DNA from: Setoptus koraiensis | Taxonomy: Eukaryota; Animalia; Arthropoda | Direction: 5' to 3' | DNA: 64,000 bases | Assembly: GCA_048013815.1 (NCBI GenBank) | Contig: CM106585.1 | Coordinates: 20,708,001-20,772,000, forward strand | In this document: piece by piece, positions 10,381 to 24,703 of the stretch | How the letters are laid out: each line of letters starts with the position of its first letter | Numbering within the stretch: position 1 is the first letter of the stretch | Program-made: the position numbers and the translations under genes | Notes under the pieces: generated by a model | What the model saw: the letters and a program-made list of their open reading frames with translations, nothing else | What the model was told of the DNA's origin: nothing | Database searches by the model: none

Positions 10381-12978
10381 TCATTTATTATCATAATTAG
10401 TAATACAACTTGACTTTAAAGAAGAATAATTATCAAGGAATTCTACAAGTTTCTCTGCTTGTCTACAACAATCATCGTTTCTATCAAAACTAATTAATTC
10501 TAGTAACCAGGGAATAAACTCTACTAAGACACCATGTAGCTCTAATAATTGATTAGCTGGTGTACATGTTATCACGTTACTCAAACAAAACAGAACCCCT
10601 TTTCGGATCATTGGCTCTACATGATATTTATAGCTTCCTATCACTTCCAATAGATTCATCGACATCCTAAAGGTCATGGGTAAATTTGGGACGCACCTTA
10701 ATATTAGCGCCAAAGAAAATAATGTCCTAGCTACAAGATAAGTGTTCTCATGCTCTCCGTATACCTCTTGTGTAACTTTACTTAGGCTGATATCTGATGA
10801 TGAGGATCTGGGTTTTGGCTCAATGTTATCCAGAACTAAAGAGCTCAAATGAGTGCTGGACTTCTTTTTTGATTCATCAAATAAACTATTTAATAATCCG
10901 TAGAAAAATAGGCCCGAGTACTTCGCAAACTTGTTGATCTTCGTCATGGTTGGCTGTCTTTTAGCATGGATGATTCTGGTGTGCGCCTTCATTCTTTGCT
11001 CTATTTGCAACTGGGCGCTTTCTTTTCTTGAATCACTCGAAAGAAGAAGAGGCTTTAAATCGTCTATGATGGAATTTTCAAAAGTTCTTAGTAATGGACT
11101 ATCGGCAGTTTCTGTAGTCTGACATGAATTTTGAGATGCTTCACTTGATGATGTCTGAAAAATGGCACGACCGTCGGCTAATTGGTTTGCCGATGAAACT
11201 AGTATCTCAAGAATATCTAGTCTATGGCGAGTGTTGTGGTTTTTTCTATTAAACTCATCGATAAGATACCCTCCGACCAACTGAGGACATATAGCGCACA
11301 GAGCAGACATGGCCTCTAAGCGCTTCAATAGAAAGTTATCTATACTGAAATGGTCATCTAGATAGAGCAACACCCTTGTAAACTCTATAGCACAATCATC
11401 TATGGTATCACTATTGAGTCTTATGATTTTTGTTGCCATATCTATACAATGAGTGACTGTTTCTGGCTTCTCGTTCTCAGCTAGACCGGCAATACAATCT
11501 CTAGGGTACATAGGGGGAGCGCCTGTATCAAATTGTTTTGTTTCTTGGGCAGAATCAAAATCATAAGCCTCTAGATCACAATCGTCATCACTATCTAGAT
11601 CCTCTGGTGGATCTTCGATGATCGGTTCTCCAGAAATATTTTCACTGTCGACTCCATGTTTTAAATTGGCTGAGTCTTTATCACATGTTTCACTAATAGG
11701 AAAAAGGTCATTCACCTCTTTCTCAAAGTACCCTTTGATCAATAGGGCCTCTTCACCCGGTTCAATTCCGAATTCAAGCTTCGGTAGCAGTTCTGATCCA
11801 CTTACATGAGGCATCAATAGTTCTGCGACGCAAGTTCCCAAATTTCTATACTGTGGGGTAACACATTTTAAGTATGAGGCAACTCCAGACATGAGCAAAC
11901 TCTCAATTTCCATCCTTTTGAGTGTGAGAAGTTGCTTGTTTGCCAGTAGATAACGAACTCCTACGACAACAACACAACTGATATAAAAATTGTGAGTTTG
12001 CGATCGTAATTGAACATTGTTATAGTCACCCCAAGACGTCAAACTTGTTATTACGGTCTCCAATAATACGTTTTCATTTTCATTTCGCAAGTACGACAAG
12101 TAATTGAATACGTTGAAAATGGTTGCCATATGGATTCTCGAGTGACTTATGAGTAGCAATTTGCTGCACAATAGAAATCTCAAACTGTGATTGTCGACTA
12201 TACTATCTTGCAATAAAGTTCCTATGACTTGCTTACTATTTGATGGGTTAATATTGCGAAATATTGGCAAAAAGAGTGATTCCATGTACTTTTCCATATC
12301 AATGTTCACTAGTGGCAACCTGAGAATATCAAGCTGAATCCTTCCCAGAGAACCTTCGTCAGATAAAACTTTTTTTGTGAAAGTTTCCCAAACTAGATCT
12401 GAGTGTCCACAAATGGCGACGCGACCTAATATATGACCAACGATTTCAGTATTGAATTTGTTTATATCTTCCTTTCTAGTTATCTTACAGGTTGCACTGT
12501 AAACAGCATTTATGAGATGTTTATAGAAATAACCGGGTGTGAATTCTTGATAAGACTTTAGTCCTTGTTTATTGGCAATATTTTCACACAATGAAACCAA
12601 TGTTGTGCAAAACTTGTTTTGTGTTTCGATAGTTTCAGAGCTATCATAGCATGCATGGTGAATAATTTGCTCCATGGAATCTCCGTCAAATAGAACATGA
12701 TGAACTATGCCGATCAATGTGTCAGATTTGAAACAAGGTTTGATAATTAGTCTAAGCTCTTGAGTGATGAGATTGAGAATATTAAAATTACATATGACGA
12801 GATGGCGAAAAACTTCTTTGAACTTTTGCGAGAGTTCTTTCTTTTTGAATTCGCCCTGGAGGAAGTCGTCTAAATTTATGTGATCAAGAAGCTTGACGGC
12901 AATGGAATAAGACTCATCCTTCGAGACAGAATTACTCCTATCGACCAACAATTCCTTGTGTAGCTTAATAAGGTCCAT
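10381..12978 (-). CDS. TELO2: Telomere length regulation protein TEL2 homolog (TTT complex), single exon, 865 aa
   Basis: CK2/PIH1D1-binding motif EDLDSDDD..EAYD, followed by PMYPRDCIAGL and NTRHRLDILEIL. An in-frame TAA lies two codons upstream of the ATG. Confidence 0.88.
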   Translation of the reverse strand: MDLIKLHKELLVDRSNSVSKDESYSIAVKLLDHINLDDFLQGEFKKKELSQKFKEVFRHLVICNFNILNLITQELRLIIKPCFKSDTLIGIVHHVLFDGDSMEQIIHHACYDSSETIETQNKFCTTLVSLCENIANKQGLKSYQEFTPGYFYKHLINAVYSATCKITRKEDINKFNTEIVGHILGRVAICGHSDLVWETFTKKVLSDEGSLGRIQLDILRLPLVNIDMEKYMESLFLPIFRNINPSNSKQVIGTLLQDSIVDNHSLRFLLCSKLLLISHSRIHMATIFNVFNYLSYLRNENENVLLETVITSLTSWGDYNNVQLRSQTHNFYISCVVVVGVRYLLANKQLLTLKRMEIESLLMSGVASYLKCVTPQYRNLGTCVAELLMPHVSGSELLPKLEFGIEPGEEALLIKGYFEKEVNDLFPISETCDKDSANLKHGVDSENISGEPIIEDPPEDLDSDDDCDLEAYDFDSAQETKQFDTGAPPMYPRDCIAGLAENEKPETVTHCIDMATKIIRLNSDTIDDCAIEFTRVLLYLDDHFSIDNFLLKRLEAMSALCAICPQLVGGYLIDEFNRKNHNTRHRLDILEILVSSANQLADGRAIFQTSSSEASQNSCQTTETADSPLLRTFENSIIDDLKPLLLSSDSRKESAQLQIEQRMKAHTRIIHAKRQPTMTKINKFAKYSGLFFYGLLNSLFDESKKKSSTHLSSLVLDNIEPKPRSSSSDISLSKVTQEVYGEHENTYLVARTLFSLALILRCVPNLPMTFRMSMNLLEVIGSYKYHVEPMIRKGVLFCLSNVITCTPANQLLELHGVLVEFIPWLLELISFDRNDDCCRQAEKLVEFLDNYSSLKSSCITNYDNK

Positions 12979-13313
12979 AGTTTAACCATCGAAGAGATTC
13001 TGACGAAAGGTCTGACCCAGATCTCAAACAAGTGGATAGATGTTGTGTAATGAACCAACAATACGCAAAATCACACGGCGAAGACACGAGGATTTCTAAA
13101 GTGTTTGTTTTTTGTACTGCGGGAATTTTAAAATTCATTCGACAAATGACTACAGTCGAAGTCTTCCAAGCGCATCTAAAATGTTCACGTTCAAGTTGAA
13201 CGGTTCAACCGTACGTCTATTTAGTTCGAAATTAGAAAATATTTCCATTAAAAGTGACCAGGTCGACACATTTTAACGACTTTTACTGTAACTAGGTTAG
13301 TGGTTTATTTATA

Positions 13314-14480
<1,167 letters not shown>

Positions 14481-14710
14481 TTAAGAAGATTCTAAGACTT
14501 ATGAAGATAATGATATCTGTTGTTGTGTTGTTATCAATATTTATTATACACTAATCTGTTATTATTTATAAATAATAATAATAATTATAATATTTGTGCC
14601 TAGTAAAAGCACATGCTATATAACGGTGTGTGATGTGAAACAGACGCAGCTAAAACCGCCACAAGATCCAGAAACGCCTGCCAAACGATAATACTGGGTG
14701 CAATTTAACT

Positions 14711-16549
14711 TCATGAAGATTCTGTGCAGGGTACAGTGTACGGTGTGGTGCTGCTGGCAGAGCGCTCGCCCGCACGGGAATGCCCATTTTCACTTGTGGG
14801 CGATGGGCATGCCCTTTGGGTAACCACGGGCGGACGAGGATGAGCGGCCGGGGGAGCGCCGGGCGTGCACGGACAATTTAGAGCGCAGCAATTGAACTTA
14901 AACTCAGAATCCAGATAAGGATATCCATTGAGAATTATATGCGAGTCGTAGATACTCTTCCTACCCATAGCATCACCGACCCATTTTGATGTCATCACTG
15001 CCGCCATCAACGGTACGATAAAATCAACATTACCAGTCAGCTCAAACATTATGACCACTAATGAGACGGTCATTCTTGTTACTCCACCCAAAACAGCGGC
15101 TGCACCAACCATGGCGTACAAACCGGGTGTCATGCAATTCTCTCCTGTAGAACAGGCGTCTTGAAATATCCACAAATCCGGATTATTGAAGGCTATTTGT
15201 TCCATCATGACTCCCAATATGCGTCCTAGTATTGCGCCCATCGCTAATGAGGGCACAAATAAACCAGTGGGTACGCCCATGCCGAATGTGAATATGGTTA
15301 TGGCAAACTTGAAAATCAATGCTAGTGTTAGAAAAAATAGTGATGTGTAAACTCCGGGTCCTGCTTCTGCTATATTAATTCTATTAGTTATTTGCTCAGT
15401 ATAGTTCCTCTGGTAATCACATAGGCTGGAAACATCGGCTATTCCACAAGGAGAGAATAACAATTTTATCAATTCTGACGTATTCATCCTGGTGAATTCA
15501 TTTGGGTATGCAATGACACTTGTAACAAGGGTAACGCATAGCACTTCAGTCACAGGAAAATTTGACAAGATAGAGTTTTTACGGTAATGGCACCAACGAA
15601 CATTGAACCTGATAAACATGGAACCAATTAGGCCTCCGAAAGCTCCCAATAGTGCGAACGGGATCAATTCAAACAAAATCCAGGGACGCGTATAGTCTAC
15701 GTAAAACATGACTAAATGTTGATTACTGAACGGATTAATACTTCTCAATACAAAAGCGGCAACCAAGGCACAGAAAAAGGATCTCCATAGGGTTTTGAGG
15801 GGAAAGTAATATGACACTTCCTCAAGGCTAAATAGCACCCCTCCAATCGGTGCACCAAATGCCACTGACACTCCTGCGGCTGCTGATGCTGATAGTATTT
15901 CGCGACGTTTTTCTTCGTTTCTTGCATACTTTGGAAAATATTGTGATATAATATGTCCAATGCAACAAGCAATATGTACAAATGGTCCTTCTTTACCTAG
16001 GCTTAGTCCTGCAGCAACCACTAGAACCATACAAATACTTTTCACTGTGAAAGTCCATTTTCCTAGATATCCCCTGATTACAAATCCAGATAGAATTGTT
16101 TTGATTTCTGGTATACCGGACCCTCGAGCGTATGGAGCGAACCTCTTGACGAGAAGTCCTGCGAGGCAAGCAAAGAATAGACACCATATGATGTATAGTA
16201 AGTAGGACATGATGTAGCTGGTAAAGGCAAAGTCTGATCCTATACCAATCATCTGTGGCCATGAGCGCCATTTTGAGCAATGGGCACCCTCGAAAATGGT
16301 GTCATTCGACGACCAACAACACTGTTCTTTGTTTAAGTAGAATGCTGATACACAGATTCCCTCTTTGAGATCTTTGGCCCAACCCGTGCCTATGTCGATT
16401 ACACCAGCCACTGTACCGGCCACAATTCCTACCATTGTCAAACAGAGCCATGCTGATGCCGCTTCTAAAGGTTTTCGTGTTCTTGTTTTTTGCCATGTCC
16501 TATCCCTGGCTGTGTCATTTTGCCAATCGACTGTTTCAAAACTGTCCAT
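14711..16549 (-). CDS. CLCN3: ClC-3/4/5-type Cl-/H+ exchanger with a complete membrane domain and no CBS domains; a 5' exon may be missing (ATG preceded by CTAG)
   Basis: [26 protein letters not shown] (gating Glu), LFSLEEV (proton Glu), [35 protein letters not shown]. Confidence 0.9.
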   Translation of the reverse strand: MDSFETVDWQNDTARDRTWQKTRTRKPLEAASAWLCLTMVGIVAGTVAGVIDIGTGWAKDLKEGICVSAFYLNKEQCCWSSNDTIFEGAHCSKWRSWPQMIGIGSDFAFTSYIMSYLLYIIWCLFFACLAGLLVKRFAPYARGSGIPEIKTILSGFVIRGYLGKWTFTVKSICMVLVVAAGLSLGKEGPFVHIACCIGHIISQYFPKYARNEEKRREILSASAAAGVSVAFGAPIGGVLFSLEEVSYYFPLKTLWRSFFCALVAAFVLRSINPFSNQHLVMFYVDYTRPWILFELIPFALLGAFGGLIGSMFIRFNVRWCHYRKNSILSNFPVTEVLCVTLVTSVIAYPNEFTRMNTSELIKLLFSPCGIADVSSLCDYQRNYTEQITNRINIAEAGPGVYTSLFFLTLALIFKFAITIFTFGMGVPTGLFVPSLAMGAILGRILGVMMEQIAFNNPDLWIFQDACSTGENCMTPGLYAMVGAAAVLGGVTRMTVSLVVIMFELTGNVDFIVPLMAAVMTSKWVGDAMGRKSIYDSHIILNGYPYLDSEFKFNCCALNCPCTPGAPPAAHPRPPVVTQRACPSPTSENGHSRAGERSASSTTPYTVPCTESS

Positions 16550-17323
16550 CTAGACAGTATATCCATACAAGCGCTAGATGTATCGATTTTAGTTACTTGA
16601 GTAAGTTGAATGACTTAGGTATTAACAATTCTAAATTAACGATTGACAATATTGTTGATCTGATATAACAATATTGTTGTTGATTGTATATCGCAATATG
16701 TGCATAAGCATTAGAGGAAATTTATTATTGATAGTCCATTCCTTGATCATGAGCCTTTAATTGAGATTTTTTGGTCACTAATACATCCTAATAATTTCCA
16801 GTTTAGATATTGTAATATAAATCAATCATTATTTTGTTAAGTACCCACTGGAAAGTGAATAATTAACCATTCTCATGTGGGTGTATTGATGGTGCAGCGG
16901 ACTATACGAAGCAATGGTCCAAGAGAGATAAAAGTTGTTCGTCGTGCTGATGGTTTTTGAATTTAATGCAGATGAATATTATTATAAAAATATTGTTTAT
17001 AACAACGATGGAAACAGCTACATCTATTGTGATATTAATAAAGATACAGTGCATGATACATTGAATTGTATTTTATAAATATACGACAACATCGAGCGAC
17101 TCTTGTTGATGACGTTTCTACCATTGCCACCGATATAACACATTTCTTAACGTTAGGAGGCGCGCAAATCGCCAAGGTCACGCCTCGTTATAGCCAACAA
17201 CCTCAATTATTGGGGCTCAATATACGCTTATATTATGTACAGATAGATGTAATATTATTGATAATTTTTGAGCGTATTGGTTTTTGGTCAGTAGAAGAAC
17301 AAAAAAAGTTGAAACAGTTCTAA

Positions 17324-20300
17324 TCAATTGATCGGGCTAGTAGTATCGAAAGTCTCAAGATCTCTCAAGGCTTCGATTAGATTATACGCGAGACGCTGAG
17401 CCTGTCCATCCAAATGATTGGTTATTCTTTCAAGAATTATCCGTATCTTAGGCAGAGCCAACGATGCTGGATCAACATTACATAGGCTATCTAATTCGCG
17501 TTCGCGCTCTTCTTGTTGCTGTTTTGGTACAATATGAACGACACAAATGTTGATAGGTTCAGTTAATTAAAAAGGATTAGCGGTGTGAAAGAGTACAAAA
17601 AGAGTCTTGAAGAGTATAAAAATTAGATTTGATTTCAATTATGATGCCTATCTCAACTACTTACAACTGATTTGAGCCAATTGCACACATTGGGCTGGAA
17701 CAAAGACCAATTCTCTGTATTCTTCCGCCACTCATTATTCAAATAAGGACTCAATCCGACGAGTGCAAGTATTCTCTGAGAAGCTATTTTCAGTAATGAC
17801 TTGCTTAGATCAGCTTGATTTTCGACACGGCTGGATATTTGCTCTGCCAATTTATCCAAGTTTCCTCGGCGACATAATTCTACAACTAGCTTACGGTGCA
17901 TGAGATCACTGTCCAAATTCCACTCTTTACTTAATGTTACAACGTGAGTGAATAAGGTCATGGGCAAATCTTTATCCTTTTGAGCTAGATATTTTGTGGT
18001 ACTCTCACTGGTCAGGTAACTGTATTGAATGGCTCCAACATGCTCTTCATCAAGATCATCCCCAACATTGAATTGGTCGTCGTTCAACTTGGTCGCAGCC
18101 GCTATTGATGCTATGCACTTGAGAAGGAATTTATTCCTCAATTCATCCATGGGTTCGTATCTTGATTTGCTCTCGCCTTGTAAATCTAGTCTAAGTATCT
18201 GTCTTTCTTCTGGACCCATCAGCGATATTGGGTAGGCTTTGGTTATTCTCAACGATATGACCATGTACAAAACTGTACATAGTCTATTCAGCACTACTAA
18301 TAGTTCACTATCAACTAAGTTGACAGAAGATGCACCGGATATCAACGTATGCGATATGGAGTCTTGTGCTGGTGCCAATTTGCTACTCGACAATTTATAC
18401 TGCTTCTGGTTTGCATCGGCCTTGGGTGAAAGCCACCAGTCATCTTGCTTGAAAACCGGCATAGTCTCCATCCTTGCTGCCATATGAGTTTGAAGCATCA
18501 GCTCAGTAAGCTCCGAACAAAACTTAACGAAACCATCTAGACAGTCTTCGCTCATGTTCAATTCTTTCTTTATGATACTGTCGCGAACTCTTACCGTCTT
18601 GCTAGAGATTAAAGTACTATGTGTCTCAAAAAGTAGACTTAAGCGTTCCAATGTTCTTTGGAAGAAAGTTTTCCAAGCCAAATATGCCAATTTGTGACGC
18701 AGTATCGTGCTACTAATTAGAATTAAACAGTCAATAGATCTATTTATGGCAGATATGTGATTCACTGTGGGATTGTTGGACCACAATAAACAATATTCCC
18801 AGAAGCAATTCATATAGATGATGTCTGGCAGTAAACTATTTGGAAACGATGTTGTCACATGATGTATTAATTCCAGAGCCTGCTCAATCCCGTCCTCCCT
18901 TGCTTCGGATGCATTCTCAATGGTCACTGAAGACACTATTGTCGACATGGAATATATTGAATGGTTATCGGCTTCGCCAGACATGGAACGCGAGTCTTGT
19001 TGCATGAAAACATTGGATTTTTCCTTAGGTTTAGACGCCCCACTCTCAGAATCTATATTCCGATAAGTCTCAAGGAATATCCTTAGATCCAGATTTGTTT
19101 GAACTGCCCATTGGGCTACTAATTCACTAACTAGAGATGCACCTCCACGTAATATAGTTGCTACTGAAATTTTTCTTAGTTTATAAATATGCCTATTGAC
19201 TAAACGCTGTTCCTTAAATGAATAATGAAGCAACAAACTCAAAAATAAAACATCCTCTAGTTGCAGATTCAACAAAGCCAGTCGCTCTGCATCTATGTAT
19301 AGATTCTCCCATGAAGTTTCGTTGGCGGCCTCATCCACACTATCCGAAACTTCAGGTGCTTTTTCGCTTTTGTGTATCAGTCGCAAAGTATCATTCTTGA
19401 CTGTTGCTGTGGCTATTATAGATGCAAATAAGTTATCACTTTCCAAGATGAGATTATAGACTATTTTCCAGGCATTAATGAGATATGTTTCGCCTATCGG
19501 CAGTTCAGCTGACACTATCTTGAGATCATCCGATATGTGACTTGTAAGCTGTTGTAAATTTTGCCAAGTCATCCAATAATTGCATAATTTGGAGTTCAGC
19601 CAGAATTGATATAGCAGCGTCAGTCTGGATGCTGGATCTATATAGTCATAGCAATCAATATCTTTCTTGTTCGTAGCGTATGCAGAAAAAAGTTCAGAAT
19701 ACATCAATGAGGCAGTCTTGATGACTATTTCAGAATTCAAAAACTCGGCACTCATTTTTAGCAGTCTCAACTGGACAGTAGGCTTAGAACCCTCACTTTG
19801 TTGAGCTGACTTTGTCAAGTCAAAACAGTTAACAAACTCATCCCAACTAAGAGGTTCACCTAGGATTGGCCATGGTGAATCGTCGAACTCACGCCGGAAT
19901 GATTGCTCCAAGGCCAATAATGAAATACACCTAGCTACTTCCGATGCTGTCCAGCCGAGTTTATCAGCAAGCTCATCGATTTCCTCTGGATGCTCGTTAT
20001 ATCTTGAGAGCAACTTGTTCGAGGCTTTAGTGTAAATACTAGCTTCTTCCTTGCGATTGGATAATCTTTCAAATATATAACATAATTTGACAACTCTTTC
20101 TATGAGTTCAAGCATTGATAGATCATCAGCTGTCATAATATCATAGGGTGGTTCCGTGATTGATTCTGAAACTTTATCAGCATAACATTTCACTATGTGA
20201 TCCTTGAAACTATCCATGAGTTTAATTAGCAATTCAGGTGGCAATGACGACAACTTGTGAATTGCTTTCGTTCTAGATTCAACAAGTACGATCTTGAATA

Positions 20301-21900
20301 AGATATCAGATATGTGATCTAAATTTTCATCTTGTTTGAGAGCATGAGCCAACTCATTCAGTAAGAGATTATCTCTAGACTTGAGGTCACCATCTTTGGA
20401 AAGAGAGCATGAATATGGAACTTCTATTGTACAAATACTATTATCATTAGGGTTCAATAAAAAACTATTGTTGGAGTAACTTTGTTCCACTAGAGGATTG
20501 TTCACGCCCTTGACTAATAATTCCGCCCGCATGTTTAACATCTTGTAATTGTTGTACAAAAGAAGACAGTCTTTTCCAACATTGAATGCCGCCACACGAG
20601 GACCGCGCTGCATGGACCATATTTCCATGAGGCCTCGTTTTGGAGCATAAATGACTAAAAATAGAGCTCGTGGGCACTTGGTTTCGTTGACGTCTCTTGG
20701 TACTTCGACCCAACCACATTGCGCATACCTATATCCTTTCCATATTCGCACGGCGATCCAATTAGTAACATCTAGCAAAATTACACGACCAAAATCATCT
20801 GTGATGACTGCCAATCTTTTGTCCGGCGAAGAAATCAATGAGGTGCCCAATCTGTCCTTATCTTTAAATTCTAAGCTGGTTGGAGTAGAGGAATCAATCA
20901 TTTGAGTTGTGGACGCAGGAGGTTTTTGCTTCCAAATGGAAAATATCGAACCTATCCAATCCGAGTATGAGTGCACAGTGGAACATTTAGACTCCCTGTA
21001 ACAGGCTACGAACGGACTTTGGCCAGTCGTTATCAGCATTTGCCCGCACATCTTTGCTGTGTCATGCTCTTGACTAATAGAACTAGAAACTAGAGTATCA
21101 AATATTGATCTCTTTCTGACACCAAAGTTATCACAATCTTGGACGGCACCGGTGCCCTCGAGAACCCATCTTTTGCAAGTCATAACGCAAGGTAAAGTCA
21201 TGGCGTCATAGGCGGGATCTGCAACTCCTTTTGTTGTTTCTTTCTTAGCCATGATCAAGTTCTCATAAAGTCCAAAACCATCGATAATCAATGCACACCT
21301 CTTATAGTTTATAGTAAACTCTTCAGATAGTGTCGGAAAATGAGTCTCTGATCTAGAATTTGTGTTCCGCCTGAGAGTTTGAAGTCTCAGATTGATAACT
21401 TCATCCTCATGAAATCTTAATGACAACAGACACGATGATTGTTCATCGTAGAACTTTGTGTAGCCAGACGAATATCCAACAACTATCGCATTCCAATCAA
21501 CTAATCCTATTCCAGTCCGTTGTGAAGACATTATTGGAAGGCACAAAACTGATGTAACAAACTCTCCATTCCCACATTTTATATCTAATGGTTTTATGAC
21601 ATACTTGTGGTCGGAATTTATTTTAAGTCTGATAAAAGCAACCAAGTCGAGTCCATCCGATATTACGATTGAATCGGCAGTTGTTGATATCGAGATGAGT
21701 AGATCGTTTAGCCAGTTGTTTTGATTGTGTTTGTTTTTTTTCTCATCTGCTTCATCGTCGAATGGATGATATCTTGACGATCTTTTGTCTTCTCGATCGT
21801 CAACCAAAAGTGATGAAGCTTGCCGGAGAAGCGCCTGATCGTCTATTAGGGCTTTGATATCGGTGAAGAATTTCTCGTGTTGAAATACCTTTTTTAACAT
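17324..21900 (-). CDS. RAB3GAP2: Rab3 GAP non-catalytic subunit; exons 21900-17665 and 17518-17324
   Basis: DWNAIVVGYSSGY, TDDFGRVILLD..AVRIWKGYRYAQCGW, FLVIYAPKRG. GTAAGT donor at 17664, AG at 17520-17519. The 65-codon last exon reads ...ILERITNHLDGQAQRLAYNLIEALRDL...*, resembling the family C-terminus. Confidence 0.9.
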
Positions 21901-22172
21901 GATTGAAAGTTGTGATTAGCTCTCAAGGATTTGTGTAACCGAAAACATCCGTTACTGCTGAATCTGTCTTGTCCGATCGATCCATTGATCAGCTGATAGA
22001 TACGAAAGAGCCATTACGTCGGGCAATGTTTTCCGCTATCAGATGGCGTTAAGCGCAGCTCGAGCCCCCGCCCCCTTCGAGCGGCACCTATAGGTACATT
22101 TGGTTCGTATGTCTTGATTTTCTCGATATATATTTACTTTGGGTGACCACAATTAAATTTTCTGGCCCTATC
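21901..22172. promoter_or_regulatory. Probable bidirectional promoter, RAB3GAP2/NMNAT
   Basis: 272 bp between divergent ATGs; locally GC/CpG-richer; contains CAGCTG and AGATGGCG motifs. Confidence 0.55.
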
Positions 22173-22829
22173 ATGTCAAGCTGCACGCTGATATCATGCG
22201 GGAGCTTCAATCCCATAACGCTGATGCACCTGAGGATGTTTGAACTGGCCAAGCATCATATGAAAAAAGACAAGAATATCGATGTCACCCGGGGAGTCAT
22301 ATCGCCAACCAACGATAGATATGCAGCAATTAAAACATCCCTGATACCGGCCCGTCATAGAATCGCTATGATCAATCATGCTATCAAGGATTCACCATGG
22401 CTAACCTGTGATACTTGGGAATCGAATCAGAAAGAGTGGGTGAAAACTCTACCAGCACTGAAACATTATCAAACTGTCTATGGTACCAATGTCAAACTAT
22501 TGTGCGGTGCAGATCTTGTAGATTCATTTTTAGTTGAAAATCTGTGGTTGGATGAGCACATCGAAGAGATCCTACAGCAGTTCGGTCTGGTTATTGTGAC
22601 CAGAAAAGGATCAAACCCATGGCAAACAATCCTAAACAGTTCTAAGTCACATATTTTGGGCAAATATAAATCTCGAATGGAAATAGTGGAGGAATGGTAC
22701 ACAAATGAGATTAGTTCCACTATGATAAGGGAGGCAGTCAGACAGGATAGATGCGTTGCTCATTTGGTGCATCAAGACGTGCTATCCTACATAATAAAGA
22801 ATAAATTATATCAATACAATACCGCTTAG
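22173..22829 (+). CDS. NMNAT: Nicotinamide mononucleotide adenylyltransferase, single exon, 218 aa
   Basis: CGSFNPITLMHLRMFE, KLLCGADL and ISST motifs; first ATG at 22173. Confidence 0.95.
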   Translation: MSSCTLISCGSFNPITLMHLRMFELAKHHMKKDKNIDVTRGVISPTNDRYAAIKTSLIPARHRIAMINHAIKDSPWLTCDTWESNQKEWVKTLPALKHYQTVYGTNVKLLCGADLVDSFLVENLWLDEHIEEILQQFGLVIVTRKGSNPWQTILNSSKSHILGKYKSRMEIVEEWYTNEISSTMIREAVRQDRCVAHLVHQDVLSYIIKNKLYQYNTA

Positions 22830-23218
22830 GTATCTGTTGGCAATTGTTTTGACAGCGATTGAAAATATCTTCGGTCACCCGCGATGACAACTTTTTCACT
22901 TTGAATCGCGCGCGCGTCTTGTGCAGTCATTGCTTTCCGGCGTGTGTGGCTTTGGCAGAGCATCGGCACGACCAACACACACACTCGGGCAAATGGCCAA
23001 TTCATTCTAGCATGTGCTACACGAATCTATAGAATTATTTGATTACCTTCGGAAATACATTCGGTTCTCATTTATTGGCATCACTTTGGAAAATCGTATT
23101 ACATTATCATACTGGTCACTGCACCACCGGTTAGGTTTACTCTGAGACAGGCAATCAATTTACAAATATCCCCCGTCTAATTTAATCTTTTATTTAGAAC
23201 GAAAACAATAAAAAAAAA

Positions 23219-24055
23219 ATGGTAGGTAACACGGCCATCAGGAATACAACCAAATTGAACTAGCATGCTCTGATGCCAATGATCTCAGAATGTTTCCCAT
23301 CTGAAAACCCGAGCTAACTCAGACATTCTCTCTTTGAACACATCTTCTATTCATATAAATTATACAGGGAGTTGATATCTGTCATAAATACGACCGTAAG
23401 GTCCGCCGTACTGCACCCAAAAGCGATGACCCATATCTGAGGTTACTGGTCAAACTTTACCGTTTTCTGGCTCGCCGAACTGGTGCCAAATTCAACGAAA
23501 TCGTCCTTAGAAGATTGTGCATGAGCAAGATCAACAGACCACCGTTGTCTTTGAGAAAATTGGTTAGTTATCTCCCTACGCAACATGACGTGCTGCATGT
23601 ATATGATAAAATCAAATTTTCTAATCACATATATTTCATTCTATTCATAAATTTATGCCCTGCCCTCCCCATCTCTTTCTCTCCAGATCACCAACATGAC
23701 TCACGAATCTAGAAAGGACAAGATCGCCGTCGTTGTAGGCACCGTTTTGGACGATGTCCGTGTCTACGAGGTGCCCAAACTCACAGTTTGCGCCCTCAGA
23801 TTTGCCAAGGGAGCCCGCGAGCGCATTCTGGCTGCTGGAGGTGAATGCCTCACTTTCGATCAACTGGCAGTGAAATCACCAAGGGGCAAAAATACCGTCA
23901 TGATTCAAGGTTCAAGACAGGCCCGCAGAGCGACCAAACACTTTGGTAAGGCACCAGGACAGCCCCACAGTCACTCCAGGCCATACATTCGATCGAAGGG
24001 ACGCAAATTCGAGAAGGCTAGAGGTAGAAGATCTAGCCGTGGTTACAAGAAATAA
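23219..24055 (+). CDS. RPL18: 60S ribosomal protein L18 (eL18); exons 23219-23221, 23368-23562, 23687-24055; 188 aa
   Basis: The spliced product reads [39 protein letters not shown]...[22 protein letters not shown] introns keep frame. Confidence 0.97.
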
Positions 24056-24703
24056 GCTTAAAACATATCTTCGTGAACCTAACTCTTTGCTTGAAATAAA
24101 TTTCATGGTCAGATTCACGCTGATTATTTGCTTAGCATTACGTCATATTGTTATGATGAAGTCCGCTACAAAAAGTAGCAACATGAATCTATTCTTAATC
24201 TCTTTGTTTATCGGGCTGATTAGTCCAATTTGGAGAAGACAATAGTAGAGGTGGCGGTAAGAATATAATCAGCGACAGGTGAGGGTCTATTTCAACAAGT
24301 AGATTCACACAGGTTTACGCAGGTAACATCTCTCGGTATTTAACGCATAATGGATTGTGTATGGAGTGAATGCACTTTCAGTCAACAGTGTTATAACCGC
24401 ACCCTAAATGTTGCGTTGCTCAGTTACCTTGACGACCTGTGTAATGGCTTAACTTAAACCATTACACAGGTGGGTAACAATGGCTTTGTTATGAAAGAAT
24501 CATCTGAGTAGATTGCAACATTTATTGAATTCATAACTGATCATCAAAAATCTCACCTGAATATATGTCATTTTCGAACTCAGCTTGGATTTCGGGCATT
24601 TCACATTGCAACGAATGTGACAGGTCTGAATATAGATCGTGTCAATCGTAAAGAACACGCTCGTGTCCCACGGTGAGCTCATATAATCAACTCATCAAGT
24701 AAG

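Noticed and set aside
17653-17664. ORF-track stop of RAB3GAP2 (..VVSS*)
   Set aside because: It reads through a GTAAGT donor; the real end is the exon at 17518-17324.
24115-24245. Hydrophobic ORF after RPL18 as the Ly6 signal exon
   Set aside because: No good phase-1 donor; 24704-24785 gives a better signal peptide and splice phase.
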